The notes under the pieces are model-generated. The model was given only the letters and a program-made list of their open reading frames with translations, was not told the DNA's origin and ran no database searches. A program made the translations under genes and the position numbers. This document shows positions 51,817-63,965 of a stretch of DNA of 64,000 nt, piece by piece; within the stretch, counting starts at the first letter, position 1; each line of letters starts with the position of its first letter. The stretch spans positions 14,632,569-14,696,568 of the forward strand of contig NC_068997.1 in assembly GCF_001194135.2 (NCBI RefSeq). Direction: 5' to 3'. The DNA comes from Octopus bimaculoides. Its lineage: Eukaryota.

Positions 51817-52091
51817 TGTGGTGTTACATGTGGTGTTATGGGCTGTGATGAGCTATGTGGTGTTAGTGGAGAGGGATTGCGGATGAAGTAAATGAAAGGG
51901 GCCAGTGGAAGTCGCTAGAGGCGGATGCGTGGACAGCGAGCACGTGTGGACAGTTGCAGCAGAGACGGCGTGTGTAGAAGTTGTGGTTTGATCTGGAGTG
52001 ATCGTTTATCCTGCCACGGTCGACAAGGTAAGGTCGCTGTATTTCTTTCTCCCTTTTGCTTCTTGTTGTCTTTTTCCTCCATCACACCACA
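51817..52091. mobile_element. Solo LTR (275 bp)
   Basis: TG...CA ends, 8-bp terminal IR TGTGGTGT/ACACCACA, exact 5-bp flanking duplication AGCTG (51812-51816, 52092-52096), CpG-rich interior. Confidence 0.75.
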
Positions 52092-53069
52092 AGCTGGTTG
52101 CTCCAAAAGTTTATTTTTACTAAGGTTTTTTCTGTTAGTATAGTTAACATCATTTTACTTAAATAACAATATCCTGAATGTCATTAATAACCAGATACCA
52201 AAAAGCTAAAAACAAATAAATTCCTGACTTATTCAAGGTGAAAATTAATGGAACTTATATTGCATTTTCCAATTCTGTGACACCTTTGTAGCCATATGTA
52301 ATAGTACAAAAACGAGATATGCTCTTCATGAAAGTTGCTTTTATTGAACTCTAAAGTTCTCTACCAAATTCATTTAATCACAATTAATTTTTACTCCTTA
52401 TTTACCAAACTGTTTCTAGTAGATGATGTTTTGCCAATAAGGAATACTGCCAAATTTGAATCAGCCAGTTTTAATGCTATCAGTTTAAAGTAAACAAACA
52501 TTTTCTATTCCTGATTGTCTCTGCATTCAATGGCAACTTCAACAAACAGAATACTTGTTCTCGGCAAACTAATCTGTTTGTATTCAGATCACTTTTACCA
52601 TATGTAATGAAGGCACTAGCATCTCAAACTGTCAGTAAATAATATAATTTTGGATAAAATCAATGAGCAGTAAAATTCTAATCTATCAAAACATGTGTGG
52701 CAACTGAGAGTTTATTGGGCGCTTATTTTCGGATATGATTGATCATCTTATAGCAGAGCAGTAAAATTTTAGGAGGGCATGTTGAGCAAGAGGTCTTATG
52801 CTCTGGAGTTTAAGACTTGCTTGTATATCTATGCTTAAGTAGATAGGATCAGTAACTTAAGCTCTAATGAAAAAAGATTCTCCAGAGTGAACAACTCCTC
52901 CCCCCCCCCTGCTACACACATACACACACACAAACACATACACACTCATATACATTGTAAACATATATCCATATGGATATCTACACAAATATATTTCAAC
53001 ACACACACACACGCACATATATATATACACATATATGTATGTACATATATGTACATATAGCATGTATAT

Positions 53070-53443
53070 AGCACCATTTGAGCGTGATCGTTACCAACAT
53101 CGCCTTCCTGGCACTTGTGCCAGTGGCACATGAAAAGACATTCCAGTGAGATCGTTGCCAGTGCCACTGGACTGGTTCCTGTGCAAGTGGCATGTAAAAT
53201 ACACCATTTTGAGCATGGCCGTTGCCAGTACTGCCTGACTGGCCTTCATACCAGTGGCACGTAAAAGCACCCACTACACTCTCGGAGTGTTTGGCGTTAG
53301 AAAGGGCATCCAGCTGTAGAAACTCTGCCAAATCAGATTGGAGCCTGGTGTAGCCACCTGGTCCACCAGTCCTCAGTCAAATCATCCAACCCATGCTAGC
53401 ATGGAAAGCGGACGTTAAACGATGATGATGATGATGATGATGT
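53070..53443 (+). mobile_element. SINE family C (young) with three internal 65-bp units and (GAT)n tail
   Basis: ggcgttagaaagggcatccagctgtagaaactctgcc...ggacgttaaacgatgatg. Confidence 0.9.
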
Positions 53444-54231
53444 ATGGCTGTATAAAAGAAGAACACAAGTTGGGTTCTTCTTTTAACAACAGCTGTTTCA
53501 GCAGCATCTTATTAATGCATCCTTAGATTACATCATGGCAAAACCCCTCCATCTTCAGGGGATTTTTAAACAAACAAATCTGTAAGCAGAAGCTATAAGA
53601 TGACTTCATCACCAATGTGTGTGTGTGTGTGTGTTTGTGTGGATCATTGATCGTTGTAATTCTTTTATTTCTGTTTCTTCCCATGCTGGCATCAGTCAGA
53701 CAAAACTTGTCAAGCCAAATTTTGTATGGATGGAGCTCTTTCTGCTGTCCAATCATTACCTGTATTCTGAGTAAGCTATATTCATTCCAGTGGTAGGTTG
53801 TTACTCACTGAAAGGACTGGATGTCTTGCTTACTAGAAATTGTAAACAAAGATTCTGTATTTTGCTCCGGCAGTGTTAATGAGGACACACGGTAGACACA
53901 TACACACACACACACGCACACACATGTGCACATATAAATATATTTACAAATAGAAGCAAAAATACATGCACATGCACACACACATGCAAACACACACGTG
54001 CAAATATGTGTGTGTGCACATGCATATATGTGTATGCCCCAGCATGGTCACTGCCTAAGGACAGAAACAAGCAAAAGATAGAAAATGTATACCCCAAAAT
54101 ATCAAAATACATGTTTAAATTAGAGACGATTGACTGACCCTGTTTCTTATAACTTGCATTGTTTTGACTTCTCTAGAAAAATAAAAAAAAAACTTTAATC
54201 TACATCAGACAATGCTTCATGTAAACAAAGG

Positions 54232-54332
54232 CTTACTCTTTACTATTTTACTTGTTTCAGTCATTTGCTCGACTAAAGGTGGTGCTCCAGCATGGCCGCA
54301 GTCAAATGACTGAAACAAGTAAAAAGAGAGTA
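54232..54332. mobile_element. Fold-back of two SINE family B tails (22-bp perfect IR)
   Basis: Arms 54246-54267 and 54303-54324; the spacer is B-tail sequence. Confidence 0.85.
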
Positions 54333-54768
54333 ATTATAGATCTTAAGATAAAAGAAAGTAAGTATAGATCTTAAGATAAAAGAAAGTAATTGTGAGGTTT
54401 TTACAGATAATATATATATATAGATATCAAAAGAGACCAATAAAATAAATATTCTTTGCCTAAAATCCTTCTAGATGGTACCCTGGAATGACCACAAATA
54501 AAAGATAAAAGAGAGTAAAAGATAACATAGGTCAGGTGTTTGTTTGTTGGATTAGTTGTTCTTATCACTGGATGACTTAATTATTTCCTTAGCCATTCAC
54601 CTACAGAAGAGAGAGTGGAACTTGTTAATGTCAATGAAGCAAAAACTCCATGAAACAAAGAAATGCATTCATATGTTTAGGTTTTGGGGCATGTATGTGT
54701 GTGGGGGTGGGTGAGTGGGTGAGTGGGAGGTGCTGTGGGAGTTGGCCAGTTGGTGGTTTGGGGAGAGC

Positions 54769-54808
<40 letters not shown>

Positions 54809-54869
54809 AGTAATAGTACAAATCATATCTACTTATGGATCATTATGATTGATCATCAACATCTCCATC

Positions 54870-54912
<43 letters not shown>

Positions 54913-54964
54913 ACACATGAATATATATACACATGTACACACACATACACACACACACATACAT

Positions 54965-55015
<51 letters not shown>

Positions 55016-57319
55016 CATATATATATGTATATATGTATATATACGTATGTATATAGATATGTATATGTATGTGTGTGTATATATATATACATACATACAT
55101 ACACATATACATATAAATATATATATACATGCATACATATAATATTAGCTACATGCATACATTGGTGAGTGCATCTGTATGTGAATGTGCTTTATGAGAA
55201 AGAGAGAGAGAGATGAGTAGGTTTTGTTGCATGACATATGCACCAAAAAAGGCATATTAAACAAGGAAAAGATGAGAGGAAGAGAGGGAGAGAGAGAGAG
55301 AGCTTGAGAAAAAGAGAAAGATAATGCTACCAGAAGAGTATAGGAGATAGAGTGATGAGGGAAGAGCAATATAAAGTAATAAAGCTGAAAAAAGATTGAT
55401 AGATACAGAAATAAATCAAAATATATGGATAAAGCCATAAATATTAACAAATATATTGATCAAATTCTCAGTATAATAAAACATATTATTATTTCTAACA
55501 CTTTATAATGATATATCAATACATTTATCAGTGCTGTGTGAATATATATATATGTATGTCTGTCAGTATATTCTTTTATATATACAGTATCAATGAGTAC
55601 ATTGTAGTATATAGAAGTGATCTATCTGACCATTCTAATACATCACTAGTATGTCTATCAAGACTTCTGGAATATATTGATATATCTCTCAATTTTTATA
55701 TTAGCAGTACTAAAGTTTAATGTTCCTGTGAGGGATGAAGATATCCAGGTAAGAAAATGTCTCTTAAATGCTTAGGATTTGAAAGACAAGATAAGTTCCG
55801 GTACAACTTGCTTATTTGCTTACAACGTAGTATACTCTTAAAGACCAGCAAAGTATTAAGACATTTTTCACCTTGAAGAGTCTTATATTTGGTTTAAATA
55901 TCAGTCATCTCTAACCTTGTACATCTGAGTATCATCTTACGTAGCCTAAATACCTCACACGTTGAGTCTATGCTGATTTTTGAACAAAGATCAAGATATG
56001 TTTCTTCAACGAGGGTCATGACAATCTTGTCTTCTTCAAAAATACAAAAACATGATCACTCTTGATATCATGGAAACGTTACTGCATCTTCACCTAAGTA
56101 TGAACAGCATTCAAGGTTGCTACAAATGCTAAGTCTCTCTACCACAAAAGAGTCCCTCTTATACATCCACAATGTAACAAATATGGTATCTCAAAGATTG
56201 GATTTTTCTCTACAGAACTAGAAAATGCTTCAGCAACCAGCAGTTTCTGACTCTCAATTTCAAAGCTCAGGTAAGGCCATTAATTTAATATCACTGCCAC
56301 ACAGCAGAGCGTGCTGCTCCTTCACAAACAAACAGCTTAAAACATGCCACTGTAGCTATACATGAAACCGAGTCATTGAATCATGGAGTCTCAGGACAAC
56401 ACTGAAAGAGTATCCAGCAAATCTTAATGCCAGGTAAGCAGGAACAGAGGATAAAGAGATGCTGAGTAGTGGTAAGAAGGAAACTTGGATTCTTGTGTTA
56501 AATTCTTGGATTCTTTCTGCTATTTTAGGCCATAGGGAAAGTGTCATCTTTAAAAAGTGTATCACAAGTGAAATACAACCAAGCATCTGAGGATTTGGAA
56601 CTGAAACGAAACAGTCCCAACTGAAAATGAATCTGCGTCACAAATCTGGATTGCTAGAAAAACTTAACACCCATATACAGAATTCATACAGATCCCTAAA
56701 CAATTGTGAATAAACTAAATAATGGAAATTTAAAGCAAAGACATCATTTTCCAAAATGTAACAAAGAGAAAAAACAAAATGAAAGACAGATAAAAAAATT
56801 TATTAAAACATAACACAAGAGTGTTAAATCCTCCTTCACAGGATTTTTTTCCTAATGCATTCACACATGCATGCACATATACACAAACATGCACATATAC
56901 ACACATATACACAAATACATGCAATCATGTTCACATGCACACATTAACACAGAGCCAATGTTTATGACAACCACTTTATCAACAACAATCAAAGCTGATG
57001 GTAAAATTGATAGTATTCCACACTAGCTGTCTTAACTTCCAGCACACTGCACAAAACATGTGCACTTGCCTGTTGCAGCAGAGCATCTAATCCATACCAG
57101 CTCAATCAGCACTGTTCTAATGGCTTACTTTTGTTTCTGGTATATTTATTAGTTGTCAAGAAGAACCTTTCATCTGTCTTCATTGCTGTTGACATTACAA
57201 CTTTTACTGTTGATGTTTTTTTGTCACTGAAATTACTCTTAACTGTACTTTGGTGAAGTGTTTTATTGTTCGTTGTGTTGTTGTTGCTGCTGTTAATGTA
57301 ATTTCTTGTTTCTTCTATC

Positions 57320-57720
57320 GATGATGACAATGATAATGATGATGTTGATGATGGCGATGATAACAGGAGTTGTGGCAGCAGTGAAGAGGAAAATGATAAT
57401 GATGATGACGCCAACACCAGAAACAACGACGGCGATGATGATAACAGTAAGCGCAACAATGATGAAAATTATGACAATGAGATGATAACAATGAGGACGA
57501 CAATGACAACGATCGCATCCACAACAATGACAAAGTTGATGACGATGATGATGAAAATGATAACAGCAACAGTAATTACAACAATGGCGGCAACAGCGAT
57601 GATGATGGCAATGACAACGACAAAGATGATGACAACATCGATGACAATAGCAAGGACAATGAAAATGATGGTGACATTGATGACAACAACAACGACGATG
57701 ATAAACATTATAACAACAAC
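57320..57720. repeat. (GAT)n/(ACA)n degenerate trinucleotide tract
   Basis: Low complexity; source of the M/T/D-rich pseudo-ORFs. Confidence 0.9.
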
Positions 57721-58498
57721 TAGCTGGCCCTGCACCAGAAAAAATTAGGGCTAATTGTGGTGTTTTATATATAAATAAGACAAAAGATCGAATATGGATG
57801 GTAATTCAAATTAATACTCTTCTCAATATTGTCTAGCGGTTGTATTTTGAGATGTGACATTGATCCATACAAACATACACATACTTCCCTTGTACATGCA
57901 CACACACATACATACATATACTAACACAGAGTTGAAACACTGTTTGATTTTTCTTTTCAGCATTGAATGTTTACCATCTCACTTCCATTGCACACACACA
58001 CACACACACACAAACAAGCATTCACATACCTCCCTTTTACATACACACACATATGATCACACAGAGATTAACCTTGATTCAGCAAACAGAACAGAGTCAC
58101 CAGTTGGTTTTTGTTTGTGTCCAGAACAGTTTCAAGCACCCAGCTCCTTTTTCCCTATCATTAGTTCTCCATGTCACAATATGGAAGTTCTACTGCCTGC
58201 ATTGCTTGACTGACAAAGAGCTCTTATCACTTGGCAATATTCCAGAAGCCAGGTACCCAGTTTGGCTCATCGACTGACCAAAGTTTGCAGTTCTATTGAA
58301 GAAGTTGGCTGTGAGGAAAACATTTTCCTGATACAAAAGATGACCACACCTATTAAGCATATAAACGTTTCTGTAGAAGCAGCTGCCTCAGTTTATGTCT
58401 GGTATTTCATATGCCACAGCATGCAAAGCCCTTCATGCAGAAGGTGTTGGTACCAAATGGCTCCCTACACAACAAGCAAAAGCACACACACTCCATTA

Positions 58499-58872
58499 GT
58501 AACAAGAGCACTCAGAGAGCGCAAACCTCCACCAAGGCAACATCAATGTCTTCTCAACGATTAGCTGGAGATGATTTTTGAAATGAGATTATCTAAAATA
58601 AACTTGACTGCTCTCACAAACGAGAATACTAAGAATGAACCCAACCACTCTCAAAAATTAGGTAAAAGAAACAGGAAAAATAATCCAGAATCATTGTCCA
58701 GCAGCAGATCGATCCCAAACTCTAATGAGTTCGTGCCAGTCATGAGGCCAAACATTTCTCAAAGTTTCATCCGAATCCATCCAGCAGTTCTTGAGATATC
58801 TTGTCCAAAGACAAACAAACAAACAAACATGACTGAAAACAACACCTCCACCTTCACTAAGGCAGAGGTAAT
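58499..58872 (-). mobile_element. Helentron-associated non-autonomous element (second copy)
   Basis: Reverse-complement homolog of 29848-30223; 5' stem 58845-58868, (AAAC)n, subterminal cctccacc at 58526-58533, 3' hairpin gcactc-aga-gagcgc. Confidence 0.7.
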
Positions 58873-58901
58873 AGTAGTAGTAGTAGTAGTACTACTACTA
58901 C

Positions 58902-59128
58902 TTAAGGCAGCGAGCTGGCAGATTGATAAGCATGCTGGGAAAAAGTGTTTAGTAGCATTTCATATCTTTTTATGTTCTGAGTTCAAATTCCACCGAGGTT
59001 GTCTTTCATCCATTCAGGGTCAATAGAATAAGTACCAACTGAGGACACTGGGGTCAAGGTAATCAACTTATTCACACACCCGCCCCAGAATCCAGAATTG
59101 CTGGCCTTGTGCCAAAATTTGAAACCAG
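58902..59128 (+). mobile_element. SINE family A
   Basis: Head, core and tail; head-to-tail with the next copy. Confidence 0.9.
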
Positions 59129-59147
59129 TATTGGCATTATAATTAAC

Positions 59148-59313
59148 AAGGCGGTGAGCTGGCTGAATCATTAGCACACCAGGCAAAATACTCAGCAACA
59201 TTTCATCCATCTTTACGTTCTGAGTTCAAATTCTGCTGAAGTCATCTTTGCCTTTCATTGGTTTGGGGCTTGATAAAATAAGTACCTGTTGATGGCTGGG
59301 GTCGATGTTATTG
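59148..59313 (+). mobile_element. SINE family A, 3'-truncated
   Basis: aaggcggtgagctggctgaatc...gataaaataagtacc. Confidence 0.85.
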
Positions 59314-59539
59314 TGTCTGTCTGTGTTGCTTTTGTTTTTCCTATTTTCATCATCAATACAACAACAACAAAACATTATTCATTCAGTGAATGAAACAACA
59401 GGGTGTGATTTTAGGAAGACTTAGCTGCTATTTCTTGCACACTAAGAAACTACACGGAAGCTTTCTTACTGTTCTTCTCATTGTAGTTATCAATGCTCCT
59501 GTTATAGCTTTTGCTGTTATCATAATAGTTTTCATTGAT

Positions 59540-59885
59540 ATTGCTACTCGTTGATGTTATTATTATTGCTGTCGTTGTTGTTGTTGTTGTTGCTGTTGTC
59601 ATCATCATAGATAACCATTGCAGCTGCTGTATCTGCTGCCCTTGATTTATTTGTGTTGTTATTGCTGCTGTCACATCATTGGGTTTTATTTTAGTTATTG
59701 TTGTAAATTGTTATTGCGGTGGGGTTTTTGTCCATTGTTACTGTTGTTGTTATTAAGGTTGACAATGTTATCGTCATTATTGCTGCTGTCATTGCAGACG
59801 ATGTTGTCGTTTTTGCTGTTGTTGTTGCTGTCGTTAATGTTGTTGTTGTAATTACTAGTGTTGTTGTTGTTGTTGTTGTTGTTTA
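59540..59885. repeat. (GTT)n degenerate tract
   Basis: Low complexity. Confidence 0.85.
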
Positions 59886-60019
59886 TTTAATTAGGTCTCC
59901 ACAGGTTTAAGATATTTAACTTCTGACATTTAAGACATGCTAAATGTTGAATTTAATCTGTAAAAAAAAAAAAATCCTTTGAAAGCTACCATATTCCACT
60001 TTATTCCAGCACTCATATT

Positions 60020-60059
<40 letters not shown>

Positions 60060-61010
60060 NNNNNNNNNNNNNNNNNNNNNNNNNNNNNNNNNNNNNNNNN
60101 NNNNNNNNNNNNNNNNNNNNNNNNNNNNNNNNNNNNNNNNNNNNNNNNNNNNNNNNNNNNNNNNNNNNNNNNNNNNNNNNNNNNNNNNNNNNNNNNNNNN
60201 NNNNNNNNNNNNNNNNNNNNNNNNNNNNNNNNNNNNNNNNNNNNNNNNNNNNNNNNNCACACACACACACACACACATACACACACATTCTCATTCAATC
60301 TCTCTCCTTCTCATAAAACTATTATTGTTGTTGTTGTTGTCCCTGTTGTAATTTTGAAAAATATTTTTGTTTCATTCTTTCAATCTCTTTCTTAATTCAT
60401 AATTATGATTTTTCTTTTGTTTGTTTATTTGCCACCCCCTCTCTCTCTCTCTACTTATCTATCTATCTCTCACTCTCTTACACATACACATATATACACA
60501 CACATACCCTCATACACATATACACACACTTTGTTTTCAATGTTTTCATCTAAACATTTGCACTCACTCTATCTCACTAGCATGAAGTTTTTCTCTCTCA
60601 TATTGCTATCTCTCATTCTTCCCCCTTCCTCTCTCTCTCTCCTCCTTTCTCTCTCCTCCTCTTTCTCTCTCTCTAATATATATATATATATATTTTCTTT
60701 TTTTTTTCAAAATGCAGCCACATGTGGATTGTTGGCAATGTTATCCCTTCGTCTTCCTTTTCTCTTGGACTTTCCTCCATCTCCTGTTCCTGAAGAAGAA
60801 TTTTGCTTGAAATGTAAAAACTACATTTCTTTCCTTCTCTGAGCATCAGCTAATACTTTGTATGTACCACGTCCTCGCGTTGTTGTTTTTCTTTTGTGTT
60901 TGTTCTTTGTTTATATATATAGGGAGAAATCACAAAAAAACAACAGACGAAGACAGGTGGTGTAGAAAACAAATAGATGTGTTAGTATAATGCTCAGGAA
61001 CTGAAGAAGT

Positions 61011-61046
61011 CTTTAACGTTTCGAACCTACGCTCTTCCACAGAAAG
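61011..61046 (-). ncRNA. Minimal type I hammerhead-ribozyme-like motif (variant core)
   Basis: Minus strand CTTT-CTGTGGA-A-GAGC(GTAG)GTTC-GAAA-CG-T-T-AAAG: stem I 4 bp, stem II 4 bp, ACGT palindrome; core has U instead of A6. Confidence 0.5.
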
Positions 61047-61117
61047 GAACACAGAAAGAAACAAGGAGAGAAACAAGGAGAGAAAAAAAAGAGAGAAAAA
61101 AGGCTAGCAAAAAAAAG

Positions 61118-61318
61118 TTGAGAAAAAATGGAGACTACCTACTACTGTGGGATGAAGTTAAAATGATAGACAGAGAACACCACTGGAAAATACAAAAACT
61201 AAAAGGAGCAGCACATATGCTGGGACACAACAACAACCTTCTAAGCAGGCGGAGTGCAGATATGAATAGTATAAGGGAACCGGTATTAAGGAAGGATAGG
61301 AAAATATTAGATTTATAA
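61118..61318 (+). mobile_element. Penelope-like element GIY-YIG endonuclease C-terminal fragment
   Basis: GDYLLLWDEVKMIDREHHWKIQKLKGAAHM..LLSR resembles the PLE W..VKIxDxE..xxxRKxKE..xI..NR C-terminus. Confidence 0.7.
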
Positions 61319-61346
61319 GCCCTAAAATTCACTCCATAATTGTCCA

Positions 61347-61410
61347 TGGGCATATGGCGTAGTGATTAAGACCATGGGCTACTAACCCCAGATTCCGAGT
61401 TTGATTCCAG
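61347..61410 (+). promoter_or_regulatory. tRNA-like head with Pol III A-box and B-box
   Basis: A-box-like TGGCGTAGTGA at 61355-61365, B-box-like GAGTTTGATTCC at 61397-61408. Confidence 0.6.
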
Positions 61411-61496
61411 GCAGTGACCTGATTAATTATAATAGCAATAATAATAACATTGAAAAATATCTTAGGAATGAAAACCCAAGTTCGAAATTTCCCCAA

Positions 61497-61542
61497 GACA
61501 CCTGATGATGGCTGGAGGGTATATCAGCCGAAATGTTGTGTT
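61497..61542 (+). ncRNA. Minimal type I hammerhead-ribozyme-like motif
   Basis: GACAC-CTGATGA-T-GGCTG(10 nt)CAGCC-GAAA-TG-T-T-GTGTT: stem I 5 bp (one G-U), intact CUGANGA and GAAA core, stem II 5 bp, GUU triplet. Confidence 0.65.
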
Positions 61543-62357
61543 AACAACAAACAAGATGAGGACAAATATCCATCAAATGTAAATAATGTAAATAATGATA
61601 ACACTGACTAAACAGGAGCAAACACATCTGTGTGTTTTAACACATTTGCTGTAGTTTAAAATTTTAAAAACATGATCATGTGACCAGTTGTTTGACAACT
61701 TAACCTCCATATATTATAAATTGATTCTTCATGATACAGACCTTTATCAGTTTTCTCAAACTTTAATGACTATCTTTGAAAGATTAATTGCCCTTCGACC
61801 CGTTTTATTATGGTTTTTTTTGTCTATTTTTGGGGCTTTTTTTTTTGCATTTTTAAACTCCCCCTCCCTTCCTCTCTGAAATACCTATGTAATTCTATTT
61901 ACCAAAAACATAAGCATATGAACATAAAAACTGAGATCGATACACATTCCAAATGTACGCACACACACAAACACACACACACACACACGTGTGTGTATAT
62001 GTAGTCCCAGATATTCTGATAACGTTGAATGTGGCAAGAAGCATTTTATGCCAAAGCAATATCTCAATTTTCCATTATGAAGCAAGATTTGGCAGCCATC
62101 ATGAAATGTCGACATTCTTATGGGTTTAAGTCTCAATGAGTTAAGGGGGAGGCAAAAACAAAAGAAAAAAAGAAAAGTTTCATAAAAAAATACCTAACAA
62201 CTATAATGGAATGGAACAAAAAGGAAAAAGGGGGAAAAGAAAAGAAATAATCTAAAAATTAAAGCAACTAACCTAAGCCTTCAATTATTAAAATATGAAG
62301 TTGTTGCCTAAATGGAAACAAGAAGGAAGGAAAAAAAAAAAGATGTATGTGTTAACC

Positions 62358-62364
62358 ATGATGG

Positions 62365-62401
<37 letters not shown>

Positions 62402-62942
62402 CATCATCATCATCATCATTATCATCATCATTGTCACCACCACCACCACCACTACCACCACCACTACCACCACCATCACCATCACCATCACCATCATCAT
62501 TGTCGTTGTCATCATCATCATCACTACCACCATTATCGCCACCACCACTAGAACCATCATCATCATGTCATCATCAGCATCACCACTATGGTCGTTGTCG
62601 TCGTCGTCGTCATCGTTATCATCATCCTCATTATTACCGCCATTACCACCACCATCACCACCACCATAATCATCATCATCAGCATCCTACTCCTCATCAT
62701 CATCATCCTCATCTGCATCATCACCACTACCACCACCACCACCACCACCACCAATAACAACACCACCATCACCATCATCTTCATTATCACCGCCACCACC
62801 ATCATCATCCTCATCATCACCACTCCCACCACCACTACCAACAACAACACCCACCACCACCAGTACCACCACCATTACCACCACCACTACCATCATCATC
62901 ATGATGTCATCATCAGCTTCACCAATATAATCGTCATTGTTG

Positions 62943-62977
<35 letters not shown>

Positions 62978-63025
62978 TCTGTTATTACTACTATTCCTAT
63001 TACCATTATTATTATTATTACTATT
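62358..63025. repeat. Long composite (GAT)n/(CAT)n/(CAC)n/(TTA)n microsatellite
   Basis: About 670 bp of trinucleotide variants. Confidence 0.95.
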
Positions 63026-63235
63026 ATTAATAGTTATATTTTTGGCTGCTACGTATTATGGCTGTTAAATTCTGAAACAACATTATAAATACATTCAACA
63101 AAATCTTAGAGGCACCTCGAAAATTGTACGTATTTTTCTATCTGAGCTACACAGTGGTGTATGTCTCAGTACGTTTTGACAAATATTCATATGTATGTAT
63201 ATGTATATATGTATGTGTGAGTGTCTGAATCTGAG

Positions 63236-63281
<46 letters not shown>

Positions 63282-63469
63282 AATACACACACATATCACA
63301 TATGCAAGCCATATTCACAAAGAGCTAAAGTTTAGGCATGTACATAGCTATATAGATATATAGATACATACATACACACAGAAAATATATATATATAAGC
63401 ATATATATATATATACTTATATATATGCATATATAATTTCATATCTATATCTATATATCTATATATGCA

Positions 63470-63532
<63 letters not shown>

Positions 63533-63965
63533 GTATGTATGTATGTATGTCTTTACAGCAGATTGTGGTTTGTCTTCTTTCATGAATGTCATAATTAGTT
63601 TATGTAAATTTTACAGAAAAATATGTATACAAAATGGTAATTTAGTAAAGGGCAAAATAAGAAAACAGAAAATAACTAATAAAAATATTATAACAATAAC
63701 TTTGTAAAAATGCATTAATAAGAGAAATAATAATAAAAAAAAAAACTAATAATAATATCATACAATAAAACAAAATTTTTTCAAATGACAATTACAACAA
63801 CATGAAATAAAGAGGGGGAAACTGTAATTATCGTTCCTGACATACATGTTTGCACACATATATCTATATCATGTATATTGTGTGCATTTATGTGTCACCA
63901 TGTGGAATATATACGTTTGTGTGTACACACACATTATGCACAGGTACACATACACACATACACAC

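Noticed and set aside
61001-61030. + strand CTGAAGA as a third hammerhead core
   Set aside because: Not followed by a stem II and GAAA (cgaac instead); the minus-strand fold explains the region
62288-63088. Poly-His, poly-Pro and poly-Asp ORFs
   Set aside because: Direct translations of trinucleotide microsatellites; open in many frames, no splice or codon evidence
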